Assembly: GCA_965198235.1 (NCBI GenBank)
Contig: OZ240248.1
Location: 4,672,001-4,736,000, forward strand
DNA: 64,000 nt
From: Candidatus Poribacteria bacterium
Lineage (GTDB): Bacteria > Poribacteria > WGA-4E > WGA-3G
Reading direction: 5' to 3'
Positions 9,348 to 19,900 of the stretch are shown one piece after another. The position numbers and the translations under genes are program-made. The notes beneath the pieces are model-generated. The model was not told where the DNA came from, made no database searches, and was given only the letters and a program-made list of their open reading frames with translations. Every line of letters starts with the position of its first letter. Positions within the stretch are counted from its first letter, which is position 1.

Positions 9348-10244
9348 ATGAAACGTTTCTGTAATACGTTGATTCTATTTTCGATACTCCTCACCACGCC
9401 GGCGTGGGCATGGTGGGGAGGTGGACATGATATCCTCACGCAGGCAGCCGTCAAAGCACTTCCCGAAGAGATGCCTGAATTTTTTCGATCCGCCGAAAAA
9501 ATGGTCGCTCACTGTGCCTACGATCCAGACATATCGAAGGAGCGTGGCACACCGCACGCACGACAGGCTGAATACGGTGAACATTACATTGATGTAGAAT
9601 TGCTAAAAGGTCATCCGATCCCAGAGGGGCGCGACGCACACATTAAGTTGTGTGCAGAGTTAGGGCTTGCACCGCGAGCCGTCGGCACACTGCCCTATGC
9701 GCTCGCGGAGTGGACAGAACGGCTCGCTGTTGCTTTCGCAGAGCATCGCAAATGGCCCGATAATCCGATGATTCAGAACAAATGCTTTCTCTACGCGGGC
9801 TTCCTTGCACACTACGCACAGGATATGTGTCAACCTTTACACCTAACCATCAATTTTGATGGGATTAAGCAAGAGGACGGAACACGCCTGCATGCCGGTA
9901 TCCATGAGAAAGTCGATTCGGCAATTGAGATGTTGAAGCTGAATCCAGCAGAACTCGCGAAGGCACAACAGATTGAACCCGTTGGCGATTTAATGCCAGC
10001 AATAGTGAAACAGGTTAAAGTGGGGTTCAGTTTGGTTGATAGTGTTTACGCACTCGCGGAAGATTGGAAAAACCTGAAAGATCCAACACCTGCTTTGGTT
10101 GTTTTTACAAATGATCGGGCGCGTGAATCCGTGCGTTGGACGGCTTCACTCTATTTGACTGCATGGAAGTTATCTGAGGGCATCAGGTTGCCCGGTTGGC
10201 TTGACCGCGCACAAAACGATGCAGACGCATCGCACTCACACTAA
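9348..10244 (+). CDS. Secreted S1/P1 nuclease / Zn-dependent phospholipase C-like protein
   Basis: Signal peptide ending AWA then WWGGGH; HYID; HYAQDMCQPLH; IHE; ATG 9348 after AAGGAG. Confidence 0.75.
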   Translation: MKRFCNTLILFSILLTTPAWAWWGGGHDILTQAAVKALPEEMPEFFRSAEKMVAHCAYDPDISKERGTPHARQAEYGEHYIDVELLKGHPIPEGRDAHIKLCAELGLAPRAVGTLPYALAEWTERLAVAFAEHRKWPDNPMIQNKCFLYAGFLAHYAQDMCQPLHLTINFDGIKQEDGTRLHAGIHEKVDSAIEMLKLNPAELAKAQQIEPVGDLMPAIVKQVKVGFSLVDSVYALAEDWKNLKDPTPALVVFTNDRARESVRWTASLYLTAWKLSEGIRLPGWLDRAQNDADASHSH

Positions 10245-10257
10245 AAGGAGAATAAAC

Positions 10258-11646
10258 TTGTTACAACAGTGGAAACCTGACCCAACTTTTTATCCGTCCC
10301 CAAAGATGGCGATTGAGGCTCCTATTGAAGATGTCGCTTATGTCGCTGCACCGAGAGATGACGGCAACCCCGACACTATGTGTGTGGTTGACCTCAACAA
10401 AGCATCTGACACCTACGGCGAGATTGTTCATAGGTTGGAACTCGGCGTTCGTGACGAGATCCACCACTTCGGCTGGAACGCTTGTAGTGCAGCACTCTGC
10501 CCCTATGCCCCACACCCTTATGTAGAACGGCGTTACCTCGTTGTGCCAGCACTGCGGGGTTCTAGTATCTATATCCTTGATGTGAAGGAGAACCCGAAGG
10601 CACCAAAACTCATTAAAACTTTGAATGTCAATGAAGTTGAAGAGCGTTCGGGATATACCCGTCCGCATACAGTGCATTGTGGTCCTGAAGGCATCTATGT
10701 CAGTGCTTTGGCTTCAGCAGGTTCGGAAGAAGGACCTGGTGGTATTTTCCTCATGGATCACTACAACTTCAATATTCTGGGGCAATGGGAAGTTGAACGT
10801 GGCTCTCAATCCCTCTCTTACGATTTCTGGTGGCACTTGGGCTACGATATCGCCGTCACCAGTGAATGGGGCACCCCGGCAATGATTGAAAACGGCGTGA
10901 GCCTTGAAGATTTAGGCGAGCGCAAATTTGGGCATAAAATCCATATTTGGGACATCCGACACCGTAAGAACATCCAGACCTTGGATTTGGGCGATGACTA
11001 TCAGATGATTTTGGAGTTGCGTCCAGCACATGACCCCACCAAGGCGTATGGGTTCGTCAATGCCGTGCTTAATATGAACGATTTGTCGAGTTCCATTTGG
11101 ACGTGGTATAAAGACGGAGACGATTGGGGAATTCAAAAGATTATTGATATTCCCGCACAGGCACCTGAAAATCCAGATGACTTGCCGCCGGCATTGAAGG
11201 ATATCGGAATGATACCGCCGCTCGTTACCGATCACATCCTCTCGTTGGATGACCGATTCCTGTATGTTTCTTGTTGGGGAACTGGGGAGATGCTGCAATA
11301 CGATGTATCTGACCCGTTTAATCCCAAGCATACTGGGACTCTTGAAATAGGTGGAATTACAAAATCGCATCCACACCCGGGTGCCGGTCCTGTAGGTGGC
11401 GGTCCTCAGATGGTTGAATTGAGTCGAGATGGCAAACGCCTCTACTTTACCAACTCCCTCTACGTCGCGTGGGATAACCAGTTCTATCCGGATAGCGCAA
11501 ACGGATGGATGGTGAAGGCTGATGTGAACCCTGATGGCGGTGTCGAATTGGATCCTGACTTCTTCGTGGACTTTGGTGATAGCCGTGCCCATCAGATTCG
11601 GTTGCAAGGTGGCGATAGTTCTTCCGATACTTTTTGCTACCCATAG
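10258..11646 (+). CDS. Selenium-binding protein SBP56 / SELENBP1 (methanethiol oxidase-like)
   Basis: DEIHHFGWNACS, PHTVHC, YDFWW, GGPQMVELSRDGKRLY and C-terminal GGDSSSD; TTG start after AAGGAG. Confidence 0.92.
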   Translation: MLQQWKPDPTFYPSPKMAIEAPIEDVAYVAAPRDDGNPDTMCVVDLNKASDTYGEIVHRLELGVRDEIHHFGWNACSAALCPYAPHPYVERRYLVVPALRGSSIYILDVKENPKAPKLIKTLNVNEVEERSGYTRPHTVHCGPEGIYVSALASAGSEEGPGGIFLMDHYNFNILGQWEVERGSQSLSYDFWWHLGYDIAVTSEWGTPAMIENGVSLEDLGERKFGHKIHIWDIRHRKNIQTLDLGDDYQMILELRPAHDPTKAYGFVNAVLNMNDLSSSIWTWYKDGDDWGIQKIIDIPAQAPENPDDLPPALKDIGMIPPLVTDHILSLDDRFLYVSCWGTGEMLQYDVSDPFNPKHTGTLEIGGITKSHPHPGAGPVGGGPQMVELSRDGKRLYFTNSLYVAWDNQFYPDSANGWMVKADVNPDGGVELDPDFFVDFGDSRAHQIRLQGGDSSSDTFCYP

Positions 11647-11664
11647 GAATACAAGTGGCGCGCA

Positions 11665-11746
11665 GTTGGCGAGGTTCTTAGGGAAATCCACAGGGAAACA
11701 CCCTATCAAAAACCCCAAGCAAAGACCCCAAGCAAAAACACCTCGC
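11665..11746 (+). repeat. REP-like palindrome (GGCGAGG...CCTCGC) with nested GGGAAACACCC/CCAAGCAAAAA inserts
   Basis: Arms GCGAGG/CCTCGC; loop holds tandem CCCCAAGCAAA copies; same insert at 50408 and 54860. Confidence 0.65.
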
Positions 11747-11856
11747 TTTTTAAGCCCATATATCATTACAACGTGGTTTAAATCACAACTTTTTTAGAAG
11801 AGGGTGTGCAAGTTCTCTTGCAGCACCCTCATACTATCAGTAGAAAGATATTTTTT

Positions 11857-12498
11857 ATGGATACTGTCTCATGGTTAAGCTATACCCTCCTCGGTGTATT
11901 TCACGGAATTAATCCGGGGATGGGATGGCTTTTTGCGGTCGCGTTGGGGATGCAGGAAAAACGGAGACGCGCGGTTATTGGTGCCCTTTTTCCAATGGCA
12001 CTTGGACACGCGCTATCCATCGCAGTCGTGGTTTTCGTCATCGCCTTGGCGCAGCAACAGTTACCGGACGGAGTACTTCGTATCGCCTGTGCAACTGTGT
12101 TGTTCGGTTTTGGCGCGTACAAGTTTTTCCGAGCGCGACATCCGAAGTGGGTCGGGATGCGTGTTAACTTCAAAGACTTAACGATTTGGTCATTCCTGAT
12201 GGCATCCGCACACGGGGCAGGTTTGATGCTGGCACCCCTTCTGTTACGAATGCCCGCTGCTGAGGCATCAGCACACATGCACCACGCTCCCGCAAGCATG
12301 GCACATAACGCGACGATGTTATTATCCGCAGTTGGGGTGCACACTCTCAGCTTTTTCGTCGTGACAGGGATCGTGGCAGTTATCGTTTACGAGGTCGTAG
12401 GGCTTGCGTTGCTTCGCAAGGCGTGGTTTAATTTGGATCTGTTGTGGTCTATTGCTTTGATGATTGCCGGTGTTGTCACTCTTTTCTGGAAGCATTAG
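11857..12498 (+). CDS. SBP56-associated polytopic membrane protein with His motifs
   Basis: About six TM segments; FHGINPGMGW, LGH, AHGAG and His-rich loop HMHH. Confidence 0.75.
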   Translation: MDTVSWLSYTLLGVFHGINPGMGWLFAVALGMQEKRRRAVIGALFPMALGHALSIAVVVFVIALAQQQLPDGVLRIACATVLFGFGAYKFFRARHPKWVGMRVNFKDLTIWSFLMASAHGAGLMLAPLLLRMPAAEASAHMHHAPASMAHNATMLLSAVGVHTLSFFVVTGIVAVIVYEVVGLALLRKAWFNLDLLWSIALMIAGVVTLFWKH

Positions 12499-12594
12499 AA
12501 AAGAGTGAGTCTCCTACCTTAAAACTCTGAACGTTTCAGCTCCTGTGGGCGAAGTTTCTAACCCCAATTTCTCTTACGAAGATCCTCTACCCCG

Positions 12595-12620
12595 GTAGGC
12601 GAGGTTTCCTAACCTCGTCT
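12595..12620 (+). repeat. GTAG-type REP-like palindrome
   Basis: GTAG-GCGAGGTT-TCCT-AACCTCGT; degenerate copy near 12545. Confidence 0.6.
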
Positions 12621-12693
12621 CTTCCAGTAACCCCTGTCTACCAACAGATGTGGACCCTACACGTACTAATTTAAGTCGAACTCACGTGTGTTA

Positions 12694-13322
<629 letters not shown>

Positions 13323-13339
<17 letters not shown>

Positions 13340-13538
13340 CAGCAACCTCTAACGTCATCTTCAAGTATGCGACAGCTTGTTCTTGAGATACCGTTGGAAA
13401 GTCATCAAGGAACTTGTTGAGTGAGTCACCTGCCGTTAGATGCTGAATTAATATCTCTACTGGCACACGGGTCCCGGTGAAAACTAATGCACCATTCATC
13501 ACTTTTGGGTTGCGCGAAACAATCTGTTCTTTTTTCAT
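13323..13538 (-). CDS. DUF433 antitoxin-like protein
   Basis: NPKVMNGALVFTGTRVPV...GDSLNKFLDDFP motif. Confidence 0.9.
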
Positions 13539-13577
13539 GGGTGAAACCTCCTTGAAAAGGGTTATCTGAGATCTACG

Positions 13578-14141
13578 TCAGAGGATTCTCAACGCGGCTT
13601 CGTATGTATCTCTGACTAAGTCTTGAATGTCCTTGCGCAGTTTCCGCCAACTCCGTTGTAGTTTTTCTTTGACCCATAGCCTACCTTCATCGATTCCCAT
13701 TCCGTGATGAACGTAGGCTAAGTATAAAAGCGAGGGTACTTGTTTAATATGAGACATCGCATCGGCATTAGCCAGACATTCTCCTTCTGCGCTCCGATGT
13801 TCCATTATTACACTTGCTCGATGTGTTGCGATAGCATCTTTAACAGCTTCCGTTTTTTCTTCTGGATAGTCGAAACGCTTCAGGAGTTTCTCCGCTTCAA
13901 TTGGACCATGAATATGATGATCCGCATAGAGTGCTTTGTCCTTTATGCTGGCATAATCATGGAGTAATGCCGCAAGATCCACAATTTCGGGGTCAGCATC
14001 AAAGCGTGGGGCGAGTTGTTTTGCGTTTTGAATGACTTGTAGGATGTGATGGGTCCAAATATCATAACCGAAGATGTTGGTATCCGCTGCACAAGCTTGT
14101 TCGACAATCTGCTCAATTTCGTTTCTCGTAGTTTCAATCAT
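13578..14141 (-). CDS. HD domain phosphohydrolase
   Basis: HH...ALLHD...HH...HR...LANAD. Confidence 0.88.
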   Translation of the reverse strand: MIETTRNEIEQIVEQACAADTNIFGYDIWTHHILQVIQNAKQLAPRFDADPEIVDLAALLHDYASIKDKALYADHHIHGPIEAEKLLKRFDYPEEKTEAVKDAIATHRASVIMEHRSAEGECLANADAMSHIKQVPSLLYLAYVHHGMGIDEGRLWVKEKLQRSWRKLRKDIQDLVRDTYEAALRIL

Positions 14142-14168
14142 GGAAAGATTTCTTTCTAAGATATGGGT

Positions 14169-14387
14169 TCACAACTCGTCAATTCCCATTTTCTTGATAC
14201 GACCAGCTTTGATGTCGTTCCGGACTTTGTGGGCAAGTTGGGCGAGTTTATCTTGCGATTCGGCAAAAGCCTTGTCCCATAGCCGCTCATCTTCTAATTC
14301 TTCAAGAATTACTGTAGCAATGGCATCCTGTTTTTCTGGAGGTAGTTTATAAACCTCGGTGCGTACTTTCTCAAGAAGCCGTGTCAT
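14169..14387 (-). CDS. Small antitoxin-like protein (orphan)
   Basis: LPPEKQDAIA...LEDERLWDKAFAESQDKL pattern seen in antitoxins preceding RelE/ParE-like toxins; RBS AAAGGA. Confidence 0.6.
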   Translation of the reverse strand: MTRLLEKVRTEVYKLPPEKQDAIATVILEELEDERLWDKAFAESQDKLAQLAHKVRNDIKAGRIKKMGIDEL

Positions 14388-14756
14388 AATTGTTCCTTTC
14401 TTTGTGAATTCCCGCGCTTAAATTACGCGCAGATCGACATCAACATTGCGCGAGAGCGTATTCGTCACAGGTGAAGCAGCCAGCATCTCGTCCCAAGGCA
14501 GGAGTTTCGTTCATTAGCATTAAGAGTATCACAAAACTGGCTTCAGGACAATTAAAAATGGCAGTGAACAGAGGTCAACATCGTGTGATTGCTCGTCCTG
14601 ATGCTGAAACGAAAAACTTGTTTTTTTTCCCCGTGCATGCTACAATTTCTTTTCAGTAACGGAATACAGAAATTTGATCCATCTTCTTAATATAGGCTTG
14701 AAGGCAACGCCCTTGAATCGAAACTATCAAGCTGCACCAAAAAGGGGAACCTTAAT

Positions 14757-15845
14757 TTGATAAACTTATATGGAGCAACGTATGATAGAATGCAACTGCT
14801 TCGCCACGTCGGAGATGTATCGCAAATTGCCCATGCCAAGATGTACCAACTAATGGACGGCAACGAAAAGGGCGTTGACGCTATTGACTTCCGAACCGGT
14901 AGTGGTCTTAATTTTACCGTGCTGCCCAGTCGTGGTTTGGATGTCTCTTATGCAGAATATCAGGGTATCCCTCTTTGCTGGCGTTCGAGTACGGGCGATG
15001 TTAGCCCTGCGCATTATGAACCCGATGGTCTCGGCTGGTTACGGGGCTTCTACGGGGGCTTGCTGACAACCTGCGGTATGCGACAAGTCGGCGTACCGGG
15101 CGAAGATGCCGATGAGGCATTAGGGCTTCACGGCAGAGTCTCGTATATCCCCGCCAAAAACGTTTGGGTCGACAGTCGGTGGGAAGGGCAGCGCTATATG
15201 CTATGGGCACAGGGCAAGGTGAAAGAAACCGCCGCTTTGGGCGAAAACCTCTCTCGGACCCGTAGAATTTGGACCGAGTTAGGCTCACGTACGTTGCACG
15301 TTGAGGATATTGTCGAAAACTTGGGATACCAAGATTCACCACACATGTACCTCTTCCATATTAATGTTGGATTTCCAATCCTTACCCAAGACAGCGAATT
15401 GATTGCCCCTTCCTCACAGGTCACCCCGCGTGACGAACAGGCTGCCGCAAACTTGAACAATTATAATCTCTGCGAACCGCCAACCATCGATTTCCAAGAA
15501 GAGGTTTTCTATCACGAAATGGAGCCAGATGTTGATAATCACATCCACGTTGCACTTGTAAACCGCAATTTTAACGGTGGACAAGGTATAGGCGTATCGG
15601 TGCGTTACCACAAAACGCAATTTCCGCACTTTGTTCAGTGGAAAATGTGTGGTGAAGGAAGCTATGTATTCGGTTTAGAACCATCGAATTGCGGAGTAGA
15701 AGGCAGGGCAAAGGAACGTGAACGTGGTGCCCTACAATATATTGAATCCGGCGGTCGTAGGCATTATGAGGTCGAAATCGGTGTGTTGTCCTCCAATGCA
15801 GAGATTGACACCCTGCAAGAAAAAATATCAAAAACCCAAAATTAA
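14757..15845 (+). CDS. Aldose 1-epimerase-like protein (DUF4432)
   Basis: VLPSRGLD, GGLLTTCG, LHGR, HINVGFP and GLEP motifs. Confidence 0.85.
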   Translation: MINLYGATYDRMQLLRHVGDVSQIAHAKMYQLMDGNEKGVDAIDFRTGSGLNFTVLPSRGLDVSYAEYQGIPLCWRSSTGDVSPAHYEPDGLGWLRGFYGGLLTTCGMRQVGVPGEDADEALGLHGRVSYIPAKNVWVDSRWEGQRYMLWAQGKVKETAALGENLSRTRRIWTELGSRTLHVEDIVENLGYQDSPHMYLFHINVGFPILTQDSELIAPSSQVTPRDEQAAANLNNYNLCEPPTIDFQEEVFYHEMEPDVDNHIHVALVNRNFNGGQGIGVSVRYHKTQFPHFVQWKMCGEGSYVFGLEPSNCGVEGRAKERERGALQYIESGGRRHYEVEIGVLSSNAEIDTLQEKISKTQN

Positions 15846-15899
15846 TACTATAAATCTAGTGAGGATACGCCGATAGGCTGTCCTACACCTCAGGAGAAA

Positions 15900-17933
15900 T
15901 TGATGATGAAGAGATGTTTGTCTTTACCCCTTATCGCCTTAGCATTACTGGCAACGTTTATATTCACTGGTTGCAGCGCGAAAGAGACCCCTCCAGTTCC
16001 AATTACCACTGACGCACCTATAGCACAACAAGAATCAGAGGAAAAACATGAAGAATCACAGGCAATAGAGCGCGATCTTGATGAACACCACGAATCGTCG
16101 GAGGAAGCACACGAAGAACCACACGCGGCTGAAGAGGAAACGCATCATGAAGTTGAATCTGAAGAAGCAATGCCAATGGTGGAGCTCCCGGGCAGCAGTG
16201 TGCTACATCTGATACCGCAACAAACAGCCGGGATTATTTATTGTCCGAGTTTGAATGAGTTAAACAATCGAGTTGACATGTTAGCGATGGACTTGATGCC
16301 GACCGCTGAAAATCCGGAGATAATCGCCAAAATTTTAGCAAATACTTTTGGTGCTGGTTTTGAGAGTCTTAGTGAATTGGAGGAAATTGGGCTGGATTTG
16401 AATCAAGATTTTGCAATCTTTATGACCTCTTTGAAGCCACCAGATCTCTCCGCAACCGTACATCTCATAAACCCTGCAGCTATGAAACAGGTGATTGCAG
16501 CCGAAAGTGAGGGGAGTGCTCCGATAGAATATAACGGCGTAACCTATTGGAACGCGGCTGGAGGGGGCGGTAGTTTCGCTATCATAGATAACACCCTCGT
16601 TTTTTCTCAGTCCGCTGAAGTCTGCGAAAGCGTCATCGACACCTATAACAAAACCAAACCGGCTGTCACAACCAATCCAGATTATGGGACCTTCCTTGCC
16701 GATGTTTCAGCTGGGACTTCACAGCTCGCTGTACACTTTGACCTTGAATCAATCGCCCCTATCTTGAGTGCATCCCTCGAAGCAGAATCGGAGTCAATGC
16801 AAGACAGCCTTGAAAGCGATCCTGCAGCTATGGCAGCAGCACCTCTCTTTAAAAGTATATTTGTTGGCGTGATAGATTTGCTTGAGCAGCTAAAATCTCT
16901 GAGCGCGACACTTGAAGTGGAAGGAACCGATGTGAAACTCTCTCCATTTCTGAGGTTCAAGAGCAATGGCGGAATTCAGAACGCTTTAAAAGGGATGGCT
17001 CCCGACGAGTTGACCCTTCTTGGCGAACTCCCAAGTCCGGCGTTTATGAATGGTGCTTTTCAGGGTAAACCCGAATTGATGATTGAGATGAACCTGTTCT
17101 GGCTGAAGTTGCTTTCACAGGACTCTAACCCGGAACAGACTGAACTACTCGCGTCCCTTAGCAAACAAATGGAAGACTTTTATGGAGCCCTTGCCGAAGA
17201 ATGGTCTTTCTCTGCCAATTTTAAGGATAGCGTCCTTCCAGATTATTTGGTTGTCTATGGACTGAAAGATGAACAAAAGGCGAAGACCTATATGGAAGAG
17301 GCGTTGATTAAACAGCTCCAAGATTCGATGAAAGTTGCTCAAAACATGATGGGCGGTGCTGTTCCCAACCTTGATATGTACCGAGATGCGCATCACGGTG
17401 AATCCACAATGTACAACGGTGTTGAGATTAAGAGTTACGTCTTTCCTAATTTTAGTGCCGCTTTCGGAGAGATGCCACCTCAAGCTGCTGGGTTGATGCC
17501 CAGCGAATGGCACTGGTACTATGCTTTTACCGACGGTTATTTGCTTATGGCGATAGGCAGTCAAGAATTGATGAAAACAGCTTTGGACAACAGAGCGGGA
17601 GTCGGTACCGCGCATGGTTTCTCTGGGGAACCGAGTTATGAAAAATTGGTCACGACTTTAGGCGTGGAAAGTAACCTGTTTTTTGCTATTTCTCCAATGA
17701 CCATGGTTAAAAGTCTCTTACCGATTATTGCGAAGGCGGCGGATCCGAATGGTGCTGCCGCATTGCAAATGATGTCAGGAATGTTTATGAATTTGCCAGA
17801 GAACTATAGCATCGGTTTTTCCGCGAAAGTCCAAGACCATGGAATCGGCGCGAAACTTCTGCTGACCCTCGGTGATTTCAGGCAGCTTATCCAAACTTTT
17901 GCAATGATGCAGAGTATGGGACAGATGCAATAA
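15900..17933 (+). CDS. Large hypothetical lipoprotein with Glu/His-rich N-terminal linker
   Basis: Lipobox FTGC; low-complexity E/H tract; 677 aa open frame. Confidence 0.75.
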   Translation: MMMKRCLSLPLIALALLATFIFTGCSAKETPPVPITTDAPIAQQESEEKHEESQAIERDLDEHHESSEEAHEEPHAAEEETHHEVESEEAMPMVELPGSSVLHLIPQQTAGIIYCPSLNELNNRVDMLAMDLMPTAENPEIIAKILANTFGAGFESLSELEEIGLDLNQDFAIFMTSLKPPDLSATVHLINPAAMKQVIAAESEGSAPIEYNGVTYWNAAGGGGSFAIIDNTLVFSQSAEVCESVIDTYNKTKPAVTTNPDYGTFLADVSAGTSQLAVHFDLESIAPILSASLEAESESMQDSLESDPAAMAAAPLFKSIFVGVIDLLEQLKSLSATLEVEGTDVKLSPFLRFKSNGGIQNALKGMAPDELTLLGELPSPAFMNGAFQGKPELMIEMNLFWLKLLSQDSNPEQTELLASLSKQMEDFYGALAEEWSFSANFKDSVLPDYLVVYGLKDEQKAKTYMEEALIKQLQDSMKVAQNMMGGAVPNLDMYRDAHHGESTMYNGVEIKSYVFPNFSAAFGEMPPQAAGLMPSEWHWYYAFTDGYLLMAIGSQELMKTALDNRAGVGTAHGFSGEPSYEKLVTTLGVESNLFFAISPMTMVKSLLPIIAKAADPNGAAALQMMSGMFMNLPENYSIGFSAKVQDHGIGAKLLLTLGDFRQLIQTFAMMQSMGQMQ

Positions 17934-17942
17934 GTGTTTTCT

Positions 17943-17977
17943 AACTCGCCCACAATCAAATTGTGGGCGAGTTTTTT
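17943..17977 (+). terminator. Rho-independent terminator
   Basis: AACTCGCCCACAAT-CAA-ATTGTGGGCGAGTT followed by a T run. Confidence 0.85.
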
Positions 17978-18113
17978 GTCCTTTATCACAGTTAGATGCT
18001 ATTACCTAACTGACGGATCATAAATCAGAGTTTCAATTCAAAACTGCACCTATACACCAAAGTTCTTAAAAAGCATAAAATGTGTAGTATGGTGCATTTT
18101 TTGCATGTTTGGC

Positions 18114-18142
18114 TTGCCTAATTAATTAAATATGCATACAAT
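18114..18142 (+). promoter_or_regulatory. Putative sigma70 promoter overlapped by TATGCATA palindromes
   Basis: TTGCCT-17 nt-TACAAT; TATGCATA at 18131 and 18152. Confidence 0.45.
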
Positions 18143-18488
18143 CATATAGAATATGCATATGAAAGTCTTTATGGTTAAGATTAACCGTATTAGTTATGAC
18201 TTACGCAAATCCCATATTTGCTAGTGCGGTTCCAAACCTTTCCAGCGATACATCGGTGAACATCGTAATTTTTCGCAATTTCTGTTAATATTGTTTTATA
18301 TTATTGTTAATGGTTTAATAACGGAGGTTCATAAATCGAAGTTTTGAGATATAAGAGGCGCAGGAATGGCAATCAGCTGTTGGTTGACGACCAGTAAGAG
18401 AGTTTCAGATTTCCGAAAAGTCCGATGGACCTACGGTGTCACGCCAAACGATTATATCCCACCCTCACCTAACTAAGGAGGAGAGCAG

Positions 18489-19805
18489 GTGTATAACTAT
18501 AGAAATTTCATGAATTCCTTTTTTCTGAAAAATCGGAAATATCAATACTTCTTCGGTGTCGGTATTGCCTTCTTGCTAATCGCTACTTCTTTCGCGATGG
18601 CTGATACAACCGAAGAGACGACGGAAACCGTTGAGGCTCCAGCACCGAAGAAGAGTCCGATTAAGATCGGCGGAGCAATGCGTGTAAATTACGTCTATGG
18701 TGGCTATGGCGATGAGGAGAATCCACATCCCCGAGGCGAAAAAATCGGGGATGTTGACCTTGAGATATTCCGCCTCAATGCTGACTTGGACTATAACAAT
18801 ATCATTAGTAGACTTGAATACCGATGGTATGATGGCTACAGCATGATACACACCGCATGGTTAGGGTATAAGCTTGGTGATTCTGGCACAGTTAAAGCGG
18901 GTATTGTGCGGGTGCCCTTCGGTCCGACCGCCTACGGCGTTTCTACGAGTTGGTTTTTTGACCAACATTTTTATGTCGGACTCGCCGACGATATGGATTT
19001 AGGGGTCACATGGAATGATACCTTCGACAAGCTGACGCTTGATGTAGGCTACTACCCTATGAGCGATCCTCAACTGGTAAAGTATAGCAGTCTGGCGAGT
19101 TCGCGATACAGCTATGACGTTGTCAAATGGGAAGAAAAAGCCGATGCGAAGGGAAAGGTCGAATGGGGTGCCGGTGAAAACGGATTTGATGAGCAACATC
19201 AATTTAACGTCCGTGCAATCTATGCAATTGAGAACATCGCAGATCTCGGTGTATCCCTTCAATACGGATTGCTGAAGGGAACGAATGTGGGGAAAGATGA
19301 TAGTGGTAACCACTATGCCCTTTCCGCACATGCGAAAAACACCTTCGCCGACTTCACCCTCTTTTCGCAATTCTCTTATTACGCACATAATATCACGGAG
19401 AAAACCCCTTGGGGCACCGGCGACCTAATTCCAATGGGTGCTTACAATTTCGCATGGCCCATCGCATCTAAAGGATTAATCCCCGCACTATCGCTGCGAT
19501 ACGGTGGCATAGATACCGCAGGTATTTCGTGGATTGACAGCGTTACGCCCTATGCGGAGTGGAGTACTATCCTCAAAACTGTAGATGACTACAACGCCAG
19601 CACGCTCGTGACGATCGGCGCAAGTTGGACAGTCCTGGGCGCACTGTATGTCTATACTGATATTGCACTTTCCGACGGCAACTTTTTTGTCGGTAACACG
19701 GGAGATGACTACGGAAATATCCTTACAGGGGTTAATCACGTTGGTGCTAACGGCAATAACGTATGGCATTGGCGACTTAACTTTAATTTTGGTTATTATT
19801 TCTAA
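18489..19805 (+). CDS. Outer-membrane beta-barrel porin-like protein (BCCT-associated)
   Basis: Signal peptide; amphipathic beta strands; C-terminal LNFNFGYYF Bam signal. Confidence 0.75.
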   Translation: MYNYRNFMNSFFLKNRKYQYFFGVGIAFLLIATSFAMADTTEETTETVEAPAPKKSPIKIGGAMRVNYVYGGYGDEENPHPRGEKIGDVDLEIFRLNADLDYNNIISRLEYRWYDGYSMIHTAWLGYKLGDSGTVKAGIVRVPFGPTAYGVSTSWFFDQHFYVGLADDMDLGVTWNDTFDKLTLDVGYYPMSDPQLVKYSSLASSRYSYDVVKWEEKADAKGKVEWGAGENGFDEQHQFNVRAIYAIENIADLGVSLQYGLLKGTNVGKDDSGNHYALSAHAKNTFADFTLFSQFSYYAHNITEKTPWGTGDLIPMGAYNFAWPIASKGLIPALSLRYGGIDTAGISWIDSVTPYAEWSTILKTVDDYNASTLVTIGASWTVLGALYVYTDIALSDGNFFVGNTGDDYGNILTGVNHVGANGNNVWHWRLNFNFGYYF

Positions 19806-19900
19806 TCGGTTACGTGACCTTCCACCGTAGGCGCGTTTTGTAAGTGCGTCTCGCTCCGTGCGCGGTTCAAAACCGCTGAATCAATTCTAAAAGGAGAATT

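Noticed and set aside
10912-11766. 284-aa antisense ORF (and the 264-aa ORF at 36278-37072)
   Set aside because: Shadow frames opposite well-supported genes, with no recognisable motifs.
14420-14505. Possible gene remnant LPWDEMLAASPVTNTLSRNVDVDLRVI* on the minus strand
   Set aside because: Too short to assign without a search.
18355-18450. Resemblance to a glmS ribozyme or lysine riboswitch (AGAGGCGC, GTTGACGA)
   Set aside because: Core AGCGCC/GGCGG pairing and other conserved elements are absent, and the gene context does not fit.
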